This document shows positions 39,901 through 54,980 of a stretch of 64,000 bases of DNA, one piece after another. Within the stretch, counting starts at the first letter, position 1. The number at the start of each line of letters is the position of its first letter. Source of the DNA: Camelus dromedarius (lineage: Eukaryota); contig NC_087447.1 in the NCBI RefSeq assembly GCF_036321535.1, positions 38,380,001 through 38,444,000 on the forward strand, given 5' to 3'. A program made the translations under genes and the position numbers. The notes beneath the pieces were generated by a model that saw nothing but the letters and a program-made list of their open reading frames with translations, made no database searches and was not told the origin of the DNA.

Positions 39901-42900
39901 ATCACGAGCATGTGACAGTATGGGGGTGATCAAGGTCACTTTTCTCTCAGCAGCAGTGCCGCATGCACCAGACTCTTCTTGCTCTGTGACCTGTGGTGTG
40001 GTTCCAGCTGCCTAGCCCTCTGGAATTCTCTTGTTTCGTGCCTGTTTTCATTACCTGGTTGTGTAGCTTCCCATTGATTCTGTGAACCTCTGAGGTTTTT
40101 TTCAGTGCATTGACTTCTGGCTTAAGATAGCCAGGGTTAATTTCTCTTTATAGTTCCAAACCCTGCATAACACATACCCTTCCTAGCCGTTCCATAGACA
40201 ATTCTGTGGAACTTCCAGTGTTGCAAGCATAGCTTAAAATCTGCTGCCTTAGAACTAATCCTTTGGACTGCAATTAAGGTACAAAGGTACAAACCGTTTA
40301 AAGTTTCTTGATAATGATTGCCAAAGAGGGATCCAAAAGAATTATGTAAATTTACTTAACCACAAGCACTGGGTATTCTCACTGTTACAATTTTTTCTAA
40401 TATAATAACAGGGAAATGGTTTCTATTAATGTTTTAATTTGCACATACTTGAAAATATGAAGCTAAACACATTTCCTTATGTTGACTTGTGGTTATATTT
40501 CTGTTTATGGAAGAGGTCTGTTTATTCAAGCTTCAATTTTTCTTTTTATGACACCAACATCATATAATTTAGACATTAATTCTTTGAATACTTACTGCAA
40601 ACACTTTTCTATTTTTCTTTTTATCTACCTCTTGTTAACTTCCCTTTGTACAGAAGTTCCACATTTTTATGTAGTAAAATCTGCTCATCTTTTCCTTTGT
40701 GATTTCTTTTTTGGCTTCAATGCTTGAAAAGTTACTATTCCTTCAAAGATCTGATAAAGAAAGAATTCAATTTCCTGCCAGTTTTTCTGTGATTTGGCTT
40801 TTAAATATTTAACTCTTTTATCTGTCTGAGATATATTTTTGAGTATTGTATAAAGGCATGAATCTAAACGATCACACTGGGTTTTTGATTGATATGCTTT
40901 TGTGAGTAAGCCAAGCCTCTGGGTTTTTATTTTGCTTTGTTTGGGGAATATTGTCCAGGGGGATGGGGCTTGTTATTGAGAGAAATGTGAGTAAAATGGA
41001 AAAAGAACTTTAGACAACTGAGGTAGAAAGAGAGAGAGGGAACAACTGAAACAGAGACAGAAAAGCTGAAATGGAGACTGAAATAGAAACAAAGAGGAGT
41101 GAAGACTCAAAGGGCAAGAAGCCAAGGAAAGGAAAGTGAGGTCCATTGTAGGAGAAGGTTTGGATGACTCAGGCCTAGAGCTTGGCTTGGTGACCACTGA
41201 GGCTGGGGGACTGCGTGGCAGAGGCTCAGATGGTATCAGGCCAGCAATGGGGGATCTCCTTCTGTACAGCTGCCCCATCCAGCTTTAACCCATCCACTGT
41301 GGACCTCAGTTTCCCCATTATTCTCCAGTTAGCTCCAGATCTGGGGAATCTCAAGGGCCCAGAGGGAAATATCTTTCCTTTCTCCTATTCATAGTCTTCC
41401 TTCTCTCTGGTCTGACTTCAGGCAAGCATTCAAGGAAGGACAAAACCCTGAAGACCAACATCTAAAATGGCCACCAGTGGGGGCTGTATTGTCTGAATAT
41501 CTCTGCCTGGTTCTGAAGCCCCATTATTAATTATCCTTATCAGAGGGGTTGAGTAACTGTGCCCATCGATAATGGGTAGATATGGGATTCAAACCCTGGT
41601 CCTATCTAATTCCAAACCTTGTGCTTCTTTCCAGTGCATCAAGATATTGGGCTTATTGCATATCTCCACTAAAAATTGTCTTCCCCAGAATGCCCTTTAT
41701 CTCTGCTTATCTGTATGTCATCTTCCCATCATGCCTGCCTACAGGGCGAGATTGCATCTCTCATTGCCTATGGCTTAGGCTTCAGCTGAGGCCTTACTTG
41801 TTGTCCAGTCTTCTACTCTTACCTAAATATGGTGGTACTTTTGTCTTGTCTCCTCAACTGAGTTATGACCTGGGACTATGTATTTTGCCCCTCTGGATTT
41901 CTTGCATTACTTTACAGTATGTTGCCCAATTATTGGTTCATTCCTTCACTCAACAAATATTTTCTGAGAAACTTCTGTGTGCCAGGTGCTGAGTGAGGAA
42001 CTGCAGAAGCAAAACTAAATGTTTGTCAAAAAATGTTTTCCAAATCATTTTTAATAGATTCCTGCCCTGTAGTATGGTCCCAGGTGCTGGCATGCTCCAG
42101 ACACAGAAAGATATGAACCAAGAACCCCCATGCTGGGCTGTAAGCTCCTTCTCTGGCATGAAGATCTGAGCAGAGGGGCGAGAGGAAAGGGCTTTCCCTC
42201 CGGCTCACTAGGGTACTTAGGGTACTTTTTGTCCTGGACCTTGGGGTATTGTGACTCTAAAATATGATCCCTTTTTTCAAGGCTTTTATCAAAGTCTGCA
42301 TCTTTAATAGGTAGCTCTGAGGGGACATTTGTATATGTCTTGCCTTGGGGTCAGAGAGACCCGGAATCAAATTCAGGTGCTGCTTACATGACCTTTAGCC
42401 AGTCCCTTCAGTTCCCCAAGCCTTAGTCTGCTCACCTGTAAAATTGTGATGATAGTAGCTGCAGTGAACATAAGAGAATATGCACGTAAAGGTTCCAACT
42501 CACAGCAGGTTTCAAGGACAGGGGAAATGTTATTTATAATGATTGCTTCAAAATCCCCAAGTGTGACTTTGGGCTTTTCAACAACCTTCCCTGTCATTTT
42601 TTTCCTGTCTCCCTGGTTAGTTTACACATTGTCTATACCTTCTAAAACTCTGGATGGCTGTTGATATACATTTTTTGGACATGTTGCAATTTGTAGTTTT
42701 ATAGTTTGTACTGTTATAGATATCACAGTGGTATCTAACTCTATAAAAATAAACAAGTTTCTAAAATGACTAATTCTTAAATAATTTTCCTAATATAAAA
42801 TTCTTTTTCCACACTCATTTTAAAGAAGTTTTTAATTAGTTAATTTCTTTTTCAGAATAGGTAATGCTTTCATGTGGTACAAAACTCAAAAAGTGCCAAA

Positions 42901-43319
42901 GAGTATATACAAGAATAATCTCCCAGTTTGTTTATCCTTCTATAAATAATCAATGATTACTACCAATTACACATTTATATATGCTTCCCCTTTTACACAA
43001 ATGGTAGTATACATACATACTCTTTGGTACTTCATTTAAATGCGTCTTGAAGTATGAATTCCTCTTTTTTCCCCTGCATAGTATTTCCTTGTGTGACTGT
43101 ACCTTGATTTATTTGACCAGTCTTGAATTAATGGACATTTAAATTGTGTCAGTCTCTTGGTATCTGCTATTGCAAATAGTGCTTCAGTAAATAGCCTCAT
43201 CTATGTTATTTTGTACATGAATATATCTATTAAATAAGTTATTAGAATCAGATTTGCTAAGTCAAAGGGCATGTAAATTTGTAATTTTGCTAGATATTGC
43301 CCACCCCCAAAGAATATTT

Positions 43320-43790
43320 ATATCTTGGTTGGGGTTCAACACAAGAAAGCATATCTCTGCGACAATGATCCTAGTGCAAGTAGTGTATTTGGAGGATGCA
43401 GGAAACACCAGAAAGTTGAAGGGAAGGGGGATGATACAGGGAAAAGAAAGCAGCCATTAAAGGGATGTGTTATAAAGCCAGCTACTACCGTGGGTAACTG
43501 GACCTTAATCCCACTGGGAAATTATGAGAAATGGTGGAGAATACTTGCTTCTGGATTTTTCCTAAACAAAGGTGAGGAAGCTGCCTCTCCCAAGAATCAT
43601 TGGCTGAAGGCTACTCCAGGAGGATAGGGAAGCAGGAGGGAGGTGTTAGTTCCCTGGCCTGGCCTGGCCTGCTAGTGCCAGAATGGACTTTCACAGTTCA
43701 GAAAAATCCCTCGGGCAAAGAGATAAAATTCTTGGGACACTGGGTCCCTGTGTATGTTGAAAGTATAGGATGTAGGCTAGACTCTAGCAA
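43320..43790 (-). mobile_element. ERVL LTR (LTR16A-like)
   Basis: agtgcaagtagtgtatttggaggatgcaggaaacacc...gaaagcagccattaaagggatgtgttataaagccagctac. Confidence 0.6.
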
Positions 43791-43934
43791 TGAATGACAG
43801 TTACTGTTTCCCTTGACTTTTGCTCCATAGTGTTAGCAAATATTTGATCTTGCCAACTGTATAGGTGAACATAGTACTAATAGAACAAAAAAAGTGACTC
43901 TGTATAGTTTTTGTTGTTGTTGTTGTATGTATAT

Positions 43935-44035
43935 TTTTTTAATTGAAGTGTAGTCAGTTTACAATGTTGTGTCAATTTCTGGTGTACAGCATAATGTTTC
44001 AGTCACACATATACATACATACATTTGTTTTCATC
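43935..44035 (-). mobile_element. Young lineage-specific L1 3' terminus
   Basis: ttttttaattgaagtgtagtcagtttacaatgttgtgtcaatttctggtgtacagcataa is the reverse complement of the 29.9 kb L1 end. Confidence 0.85.
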
Positions 44036-44409
44036 ACATTGGCTTTTAAAATAAACCAGTTTAAAACTCACCATCTGTCTAATACTTCCATAACTATGAA
44101 GGACTCTTACATGTTTCAGGAAATCATCACACCCCTTATGAATAGGTGTTACAGTTATTCCCATTTTAAAACAGTAAAGAAAGGAGTAAAGAGGTTTAAT
44201 GACCTGCCTGAAACTAATCAGTTTGTCAGCCGTGGGGATGGGATCTGACATCAGATTTTCTTGCTTCAAAACCAAGGTGCCCTTGGAAAAACTTTTCTCT
44301 CCTAAATGGGATAAAACAGACCAGCCATTTAACCTATCAGTTTCATGGTCTATAAAACATAGAGTAGTAAACGTTTATTGTTTGAGTCTTTCCAGCATCC
44401 GTTCACCAT

Positions 44410-45040
44410 TTTTCTGATTGCATCAATATTATCACCTGGGAATTTGTTAGAATTGCCAATTCTTGGGATTTACCCCAGACCTACTGAATCAGAGACTCCT
44501 GGGTTGGAGCCCAGCAATCTGTGTTTTAACAAGCCCTCCAGGTGATTTTGATTAATGCTGAAGTTTGAGAAACACTGGCTCAGGAGAAGAGAAATAAGTG
44601 GGCCATATTGCCAACACCAGGGGAAACCCTGATTAAGACTTGCGTCATCTAGAACAAAAACAGCTGAGAGATACAGAGAGTGAAAGAGTCCTGAAGATAC
44701 CATTTGAGTCTCTGAGTGTAGTCGTCCTTGAAGTTGGATCAACAGCTGTATCATTTAGTTACATGAACTAATAAATTCTTTTTATTTCAGTACAGACAAG
44801 TCCTGACTGTCAAGAGAATCATTTATTCCTCTTTATATTTCTAAGCAGAGAGATTCTCTTTGAGTATTGGTTCTCAAAATATGGTCCTAAGATAAGCAGC
44901 ATCAGCGTCACTAGGGAACTTGTTAAAAAACAAGATTTATCAGACCCTATTTGAGACCTACTGAATCAGGGTTCTAGGGGTGGAGTCCAGTATCTGTGTG
45001 GCAATAAACCCTGCAGGTGATTCTGATGCACACTAAAATC
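44410..45040. mobile_element. Two MER5A copies (~44410-44578 and ~44865-45040)
   Basis: ccccagacctactgaatcagagactcctggg...tgtgttttaacaagccctccaggtgatt in both. Confidence 0.8.
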
Positions 45041-46394
45041 AGCAGAGTAATGCTCCTAACCTCTCTCCCCATCCCTTATTATCTCCGCATTCCTTCTCCA
45101 TGAAGAGGTGTGATGTATCTAATTGAGTTTGGAACAATGATCTGGGCATGCTCAATTTAACTCCTCCCTTGTTTTCTTCAGGAGCCAGCCCGATGAAGGG
45201 GGGCAGTTTTTCTGTGTTCCTCCATGTGTTACAAGCTTTACAGAGGCAGATGTTATCCCCATAAGATGAGATTTGCAGTTTTTCCAGCCCTGCCTGTAAC
45301 TCAGTGGTAAATTTATTCTGGGAACAATGTAAGCAAGCACAATTGGCCTCCAGTCTATTTCTTATTAGTAATAAAGCTGAAATTTGGATCTCCATCTATT
45401 GGTTTTCTGTCTCTTCTTTCGCAATTGGTTCAAAACTTGGGTAGGTAAGAGGGCTGTTACTGATGGGGTCCCTTAGTGTTCTAATACTGACTGACATAGT
45501 GGGTGGAGCGTATCTGTCAAGCCCCTTCCCTTTCTAACATTAAGGACGCCATGTCTCACACTCTCACTCCAGGGCTCCTGAGGGCTCCATGAAGAAACCC
45601 TTGTTTGTTCTGACCAGACCACTGGTGCTGTACCTGTGAGAGACAGAGGTAGCCCATGTCCCATGGGGCACAGGAGGAAAGATTGCAATCACAAAGCGTT
45701 TCCTTTCAGTTCTCTCCTGAAACTGTGTAATTCTGTGAGGGCAGGAACAGGGTCTAGAAACCACTGTATTTTAAAAAAGCTTGCTAGGAGCTGTCTGCTC
45801 TGCCTTATTATCAGGTTCTACCATCTGTCTAACCTAGGTCATATAGCTGCAATTGAAGTGGTGTCTGCCCTTTGGTTCTGGAGACTAGAGATCTCTTAGC
45901 TTATCATTTGAAAGAAGAAAGGATTCCCCCTTCTCTCTCCCATTCTTTTGGTCTTTTCTGAGTTTTTCACAAATCTTTAAAATAGCCATAGTCACAGTCC
46001 TGCTAAGAGGTGTGGATGAAAGAGAGAGCTGCTATAAACCAGGCCTGGGTGCTACAGGGAGGTCAGTTTTCAGGGCTTAGTTCCCACAGAGCAGCAGCAT
46101 GCCTCTCTTTGGAAGGCTGCTGCAGCAAAGAAAGAGATAAAGCAGCCATTACAGTTCAACCTGAGGGATGGAGGACAACGTAAGTATTTTCTGTATATTG
46201 ACCTTGATTTGCAGTCTCTCTGGAATAGCTGGTTCTCCTAGACTATCTAACTACCATTTATTTTTATATAGTTAGGTCATGTGTGTACAACTGTTTTATG
46301 TAGTTAAATCATACATGTACAACTCTGGCTTCTGCTTTACCTATCTCATTAAAAATTGTTTATAAACATAATTTTATATTTTTATTGATTAAAA

Positions 46395-47250
46395 AGAAAT
46401 AGAGATTGGACTTCATTAAAATGAAAAACTTGTGCATCCAAGAATGCTACTGAGAGAGTGAAAAGCCATAGAGAATACCTTTGCAAATAACATATGATAA
46501 AAGTTTAATATCCAGAATATATAAAGGACTCCTAGAACTCAACAACAAAAATGCGAACAACCTACTTGAACAAATAGGTAAAGGACTTTAATAGACATTT
46601 CTCCAAAGTGAAGATATAAAAATGGCAAATAAGCATATGAAAATATGCTCAACATCATTAGTCATTAGGGAAATGCAAATCAAAATGATAACTATGGCTG
46701 TAATAAAAAATGGAAAATGACAAATATTGATGCAGATGTGGAGAAACTGGAACCTTCTCACATTGCTGGTAGAAATGTAAAAAGTTGTAGCTGCTATGGA
46801 AAACAGTTTGGCAGTTCCTCAAAAAGTTAAACATAAAATTACCATTTGATTCATCAATTCCATTCCTAGGCAAATACCCAAAAGATTTGAAAACAGGAAC
46901 TCAGGTATTTGTCCACAAATGTTTGTAGCAGGACTATTCACAATAGTCAAAAGGTGGAAACAACCCAAATGTTCATTAGCAGATGAATGAATAAACAAAT
47001 TGTGGTATATCCATACAATGGATATTATTCAGCTATAAAGAGGAATGAAGCATGAATATGTGGAGGAATCTCGAAACATTATGCTAAGTGAAATAAACTG
47101 GACACCAAAGGACAAATGTTGTATGATTAAACTCATATGAAATGTCTAAACTAGGAAGAAAGTAGATGTAAGGACAGAAAGTAGATTAGCGGTTATCAGG
47201 GGCTGGGAGTAGGAGAGTATGGGGAATTGCAAAAAAAAAAAAAAAAAGAT
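46395..47250 (+). mobile_element. L1MB-like ORF2 C-terminus and 3' UTR
   Basis: tggacttcattaaaatgaaaaactt...tgctcaacatcattagtcattagggaaatgcaaatcaaaa...tgtggtatatccatacaatgga...poly(A). Confidence 0.9.
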
Positions 47251-49854
47251 AAATACAGTAAAATGAAATGTAGAAAATAAAACTCACCTGTGATCTCACT
47301 ACCTAGGGTAACAATATCCTGACAATCTTTCTTTTTTAAAAAATCTGTTCATAATGATTAAGTCCAAAGCTTTGCTGCCCAGACCTCATGGGTTCAAATA
47401 TGCACTCTGCCATTTATTAGCTGTGTGATATCTCTGTGCTGAAGCTTTTTTTGGTAAAATAGAAACAGTAATAGAACCCACTTCATATGGTTGATTTGTG
47501 GATTAAATTGAGTAATATGTTTATTATGATTAGCACAGTGCCATGCTCATCTTAAGTGCTCAGTAAATGGTAGCTATTGTGTGTGTGTGTGTATGCAAAA
47601 TGCATTATATAAACATTATATATACATTATTATATATTATAATACTGGAATCATACTGTATACACTGATTTGTATCCTACTCTTTTTATTTTCCTATATA
47701 AATAAACATTATTTTTAATGGCCACATAGTATTCCATACTATAGCTATAGCATTATTTATTTAGTCAAGTCTCCATTGTTGAATATTTAGGTAGTTTTTC
47801 ACTTTTTATTATTTAAAAAAAAAATTGCATTACTGGACACCCTTGCTTATTTCCTTCTGGCAGCCACGCCTGAGAAGGGTGGTGTGACTTTGGCCGTGCT
47901 TAGCCTTATCTTGGACTCCCAAGGCAGTGCACTCCATTAAGTCAGTCCTCAGCCTAGGGGACAGAATCTGAGTTCCAGTTGTGCTTCTGCTCTATCTATA
48001 GGCAATGTTGAGGACTGCTCTTTTCTATCTGGGCCTTTGCTTCCCCATCTTTAAAATGAGAGCCTTAGAGGGATTGAACTCAGATGCTTCTTCTGCTCTA
48101 AGGCTCTGTGATTCTCAGATGATCCTCCACTAAGCTGTGGATTCCTCCAGCTCTGTTGTGGCCTTTCTTACGGCTGTGTGTGCGCACGCTCCAGCCTGTG
48201 TTTCAGTTTCTATTCTTAGCAGCATGATCTTTATACAAGGAATAGATTTGTGTGTCTGTCTCATCTCAGATGCATGCAGCTCCGGCTGGGTTGTTTCATT
48301 CTCCACCAGCCATTCATTGACATTAGAAGCAGTGGCCCATTAAGGAAACAAGTAGATGGTGCTCTTCCATCAACCATGATAAGGATCGAATACTCTGTAA
48401 TGTGGGGGATTGACCCTCTTGGCTCACCAGGCCTGGGCTCTATCTGACTCAGCTGTAGATGAGATCAGGGGAATCTTAGTTTCAGCACCTCCCTCCGCAC
48501 TCCACCCCCAGATCCTTTCTCTGGGATGGGCCAGGGATGGTATTTGGGCAATGGTGGTTTTTAGAGATGGTGAGTAACCAACATTCCAGATGAGAGGGTC
48601 ATCATTTGTTCTGAAAAAAAGAGTGGGTAGGGATGAGTCTTTTCTCCTCCAAGAGTTCCCAGTTGTGGCGGTGTCTCAGAGACACTTTGGGTATTTAAAT
48701 ATACAAATTCACATTCTTGGTCTGCAACCTCAGAGATTCCTATTTATCAGGTCTGGGGTAGAGCCCAGGTTCTTCATTGTAGCAAGGGAATTCAGATTGC
48801 AACCTAGGTGGGGAACACTGACATTTAGTAGTAGGATTTGCGAACTTTTAAAGCCCACAAAGGCCAGGCAGGTAACATCAAATGGGTGGAGGGTGATACA
48901 AGAGAGCTGGTCACTCTGAAGAACAGGAACACCGATACCTTGTCTCAAGGGCAGTCTGTATTTACCTTTTGCCATTTGTCCTGTGATAAGGCTGACCCAG
49001 TGTTGCTAGGCATCCCATTTAGTTTTTTCAGGAAGAGTTAGAAATCTGAATTTGTTTGTGAAGTAGTCTAAACTCAAATATTGGCAACAAATTGAAAATT
49101 TTTTAAAAATTAAATTGTGGGCCAAAACATACCTGTTGGCCAAATCTGACCCTGCCTCTGCCCATTAAAGTCTCTTGACAGTCCTTTAGCCAGATCATTG
49201 CTCAACTTAAGTTAAAATGGTGCATTCAACAGCTCTCTTGATTGGTAGCATCACACTGTCTCTGCTGTGATGCTCTGCGGGATCCTGGATAACACCCAGC
49301 TTGGCACGGGGCAAAGAGCTCTGGGCATAGGAGTCAGGGGACTTGTATCCTGCTAACAACTTGCTAGGTGACATTGGGAAAGCAATTACTTCCCTAGTCA
49401 CAGGATTTCTTTCAGTAAGGTAAGGGTGATAATCTTTATGGTCCTTCTCAAGGTTCTGGGTCATTCTTCTGATGAAGATTTATGTACTTACCTATTATCT
49501 CCTAGGTACTTAAGAAGGAAGCTTTTATAGATTAAGATGAAAATTCATCTTTAATTGGCTTGAATGACAACTAGTTCCTCCTTCCATATTCTCCTATGTG
49601 TTTAGCGATTTGTTTTTTCAGGGGAGTTTCTTCTTGCTGTGAACTTCTGGGTTATTTCCTAAGGGCAAGAAATCATTTTGGACTAGAATATGTAGGTGGA
49701 GTTGAACATATGGGCTTCTTGCTTGATGAGCACTCAACTTGGAGTTGAATTTAAAAAAAATAAAGGAATAGAGTTTATAGGAGGAATATCTTGAAGTAAA
49801 AAGACATTTCCTTACTAGCTTAAAAAAAACCCCTGCAATTGAATCTTTTCTCCT

Positions 49855-50575
49855 CATAGCTTTGAGATTTAACTAAGATACGATAAAATTCACTTTAAGA
49901 AGAATACAATTCAATGGTTTTTAGTATATTTGCAGAGTTCTAATTTCAGAACATTTTCGTATCTCAAAGAAACTCCATACCCATTACCAGTCACAGAGCA
50001 TTTCCCTCCTCAGTCCTGGTAACCATGAATCTACTTTCTGTCTCTGCAGGTTTTTCCTATCCTGGAACTTTATATAAATGGAATCATATAATATGTGGTC
50101 TTTTGTGACTGTCTTCTTTCACTTAGCATAATAGTTTCAAGATTCATCTATGTTGTAGCATATATCTGTACTTTATCCCTTTTTATTACCAAATAATAGT
50201 CCATTGTATGAATATACTACATTTTATTTATCCATTCATCAGTTGATGGACAGTTAGGTTGTTTCCACTTTTTGGCTATTACATATAATGCTGCTATAAA
50301 CTTGTACATACAAGCATTTATATGGACACATGTTTTAATTGATCTTGGGTATCTACTTAGGGGTAGAATTTCTAGGTTGTATGGTAAGTCTGTTTAACCC
50401 TTTGAGGAAATGCCATACTGTTTTATAAAGTAGCAGCACCATTTTACACTCCTACCAGCAGTATATGAGGGTTTCAGTTTCTCCACATTCTTGTCAACAT
50501 TTGTTATTATCTGTCTTTTTGATTATAGTTATCCTAGTGGATGTGTGGTGGTTTCTCACTGTAGTTTTGATTCTG
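49855..50575 (-). mobile_element. L1MB7/8-like 3' end
   Basis: cttctttcacttagcataat...tccattcatcagttgatggaca...ccattttacactcctaccagcagtatatgaggg. Confidence 0.9.
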
Positions 50576-51454
50576 CAGTTGAATCTGTTCATGATTGGCC
50601 TGACCTAGGTCATATGCCCATCCATCAGCTAATTACTGTGACCAGTGGAAGTTGATAATCTTAAGTGAATTAGGGTGAACCCCTAGAGCTGGGGAGTGGA
50701 TATCAGTCATTCCAGAACTACAGAAATTTGGAGATACTATTTCAAAGGAAGGAGAGATGGATGCCTGGGAGGCAACCAATACATGGTTTCTACAGGATGG
50801 GTTTGCTTGCTTGGTTTTAGTGTTGAAATTGCCCTGTACACAGGGATTGTAGTGGTGCAGAGTAGGAAGGAAAGGAAATCTTGGTTAGAATTCAGGAAAG
50901 AAGAAGCTCAGCAAATAAATATTGAAATAGGTTCTACTGAAGGTAAGTTTCTCCCTGAAAACTATAGTTACTCGACAAATATGTGCACACTAGCTGGTAT
51001 TTATTACTGCCTTATCCTCTTTTTCATTTACTGTTCAAACTATCATCAGGTTCAGAGTCCCCTAAGTGCCCCTGTGACAGATGCAGAGTCACAGAATAGT
51101 AAGGAATTCATTACAATCACTTTAGGACTAATACCTGATTCCCCCAGTCTAAATAGTTATGACTGGTATAGCTATGGTTTTTGGTCAGGGAATAACTTTC
51201 TTTCTTTTGGATATTTTCTGATTATCATTATCTTCTTGAAAGCAGAGAGAGATTTTGCCTAGTACTTTAGAAGGGAACCTGTGTAAGGAGGACTCTTTAG
51301 TTATCTTTTTGGTCCTGAAGGATTATGGGAAATTTTAGAGCTAGACAGACACTGAGGGACGCATAACTGGTCCTTTCTCAGCATTTCCTTGATATGGGTT
51401 CTCTTTCTTTTCTTTTTCCTTTTTCTCTTTCTTTTCACATTGATAACTATCTGC

Positions 51455-52450
51455 ATTAAGGCTTTTTTGGCTACTGCTGCTGTGTAAAAAATGTCCCTCT
51501 CCCCTCAAAAAAATAGGTTCTTCATACAGCCATTTTGTATCACACTAAAAAAGATAAAAGAGATTTGACAACTAAATGCAATGCCTGGCCCTAGACAGGA
51601 TTCTGTATTACAGGGGGAAAATGCTCCAGAGCACATGATTGAGTCAGCCAACAAAATTGGAATATGAATGGTAGGTTAGACGAAAGTGTTCATATCAATG
51701 TTAAATTTACTAAAGTTGATAACTATACTGTGGTTACATAAGATAATATCCCTATTCTTTGGAAATATACACTGAAGCATTTAGGGGTAAGGAGCCATAA
51801 TGTTTGTAACTTACTCTTAAATGGTTGAAAAATTCATTTATATATAAATTATATATATGTATACACACATTAATTTATCATAAATTTATATAAATGGCTA
51901 TATATCATGTGTATGAAAGAGATTAGAGAGGGGAGAATGATAAAGGAAGTGGGGGGAAATGCTCCCAATAGTTGAGTTTGGGTAAAGGGTGTATGGGTGT
52001 TCTTTATATCTTATACACTGAAATTATTACTGAATAAAAAGTTTTAAAAAGCACAACCAGTTTACTGTTTTATTTTGCTCATGATTCTGTAGGTCAGGAA
52101 GGGCTGGCCCAGGCAGCTATTGGCTTAGGGGTCTTTCATGCAGTTGCAGTCAGATGCCAGCAGGGGCTGCATTCATCAGAAGGCTGGACAGAGCTGGGTG
52201 TCCAAGAGGTCTCACATGGCTGGCAGTTGATACTGGCGGTTAGCTAGGAGCTCAGCTTTTGACTGGCATGCTTACATGTGGCCTCTCTAGCATGGCAGCC
52301 TCAGGGGAGCCAAACTTCTTAGGTTGTTTCTCCCAGAGTGAGAATCCCAAGAGAACAGGTGGAAGCTGCGTGGCCTCTTCTGACCTAGCCTTGGAAGTTA
52401 TACAGCATCTCTTCTGCTGCATTCTCCTGGTTCCAAGAGAGTCACTAAGC
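51455..52450. mobile_element. MaLR LTR (MLT1G/H-like, -) split by an L1MC-like 3' end (+, ~51540-52050)
   Basis: MLT1: ttgctcatgattctgtaggtcaggaa...tcttctgacctagccttggaagt. L1MC: tgacaactaaatgcaatgcctgg...tatcaatgttaaattt...aataaaaagtt. Confidence 0.7.
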
Positions 52451-53179
52451 TGTTTCCAAGAACTTGCGGTCATGTTCCAAAACTGCCATAAATGCTTACT
52501 ACACGCCAGGTACTGTTTCATGTGCTTTATATGTATTAATTCATTTGATTCTTTCTAAAATCCCCCTTAAGGTATGTAGTCTTACTGTCTTTGTTTTAGA
52601 GCAGAGAAGATGGAGGCTTAGAGTTTCAGTAAGTTCCCAACATCACACCATTAGCGAAAGATCTAGGATTTGAATCCAGACAGTCTGGCCCCAGAACCCA
52701 TGGTCTTATCTACTACCCCACAAGTCTCTACATTCAGCTGCTATTCCTGCTATATTTGGTTAAACTACCATACACATAGATAATCACTTTTCATTCCCAG
52801 TCACTGGTGTGCACGCTCCCCCAACACGATCAAAATCACCTGACACAAATCTTGCCTTCTCAGCTCTCTGATTTTGCATATGCAGGTTGCTTTCCCTGGG
52901 ATCCTTTCCTTCCAGTTATTCATCTGTCTAAATTATTTATCCTTAAGGTCTTTTAGGACGTCTTCCCTGACCACTCAACTTTGGAATGAGTGCTTCTCCT
53001 ATGAGCACACAGGCCACATGTGCTTTTAGTTACAGTTCTTATCATTATGCCTTATAATTTGCCTGTTGTCCTGGCTGTTTCCTCCATTGGACTCTAAGTT
53101 CCCTGAGAGCAGGGACATTATTTTGTTTACAAAAGGATCTCTACTACTGAGCACAGTGCCTGTAGTGTGTAAATGAGTA

Positions 53180-53665
53180 CAAACTAATCTCTCACACTCA
53201 CACCCTTAGAATACAATTATATTTTTCTCACACAGAAACACACAAAAAAAAACCTCTCCTGACACAAAATGTGCTCCGTTTACTCTTGTCCATGTGACCT
53301 CCATCACTGACTCAGTCTGTGCCATTCCTCACACACCGACACCACTGCAAGCCTATCACACACACAATTATTGTGACAGCTCGAATCTTCTATCAGTCGT
53401 ACATTGTTTTTCATATAGTGATGGTCACCATCTGTACTCAAAACTGGATATTTACCCTTCTACAAACTGAGTTAAGATAACAACAGCGCTATTTTTCACA
53501 CATGCTTTTACATACTGTATTTTTTCATCCGTACAATCCCTGACAACCCCTGACATACAATTATGGTCACACACTGTCTACTGTCTTCTTCCACTCCCAC
53601 TTGACACCCACTCCCGTGCTCTTTCTCACATACACACACTCACTAGCACACGCGCACACACAGCT
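53180..53665. repeat. CA-rich low-complexity tract abutting the CpG island
   Basis: Recurrent cacaca/ctcacac/ctgaca/caatta motifs. Confidence 0.6.
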
Positions 53666-53677
53666 GCTGCCAGTTAA

Positions 53678-54980
<1,303 letters not shown>

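Noticed and set aside
50696..51262. 188-aa ORF
   Set aside because: Non-ATG start inside a MaLR LTR remnant and no recognisable protein similarity.
1..53600. Exons of the neighbouring gene (COPB1 lies upstream of RRAS2 in human, from recall)
   Set aside because: No COPB1-like peptide was recognised in the ORF track or sequence; short exons could have been missed.
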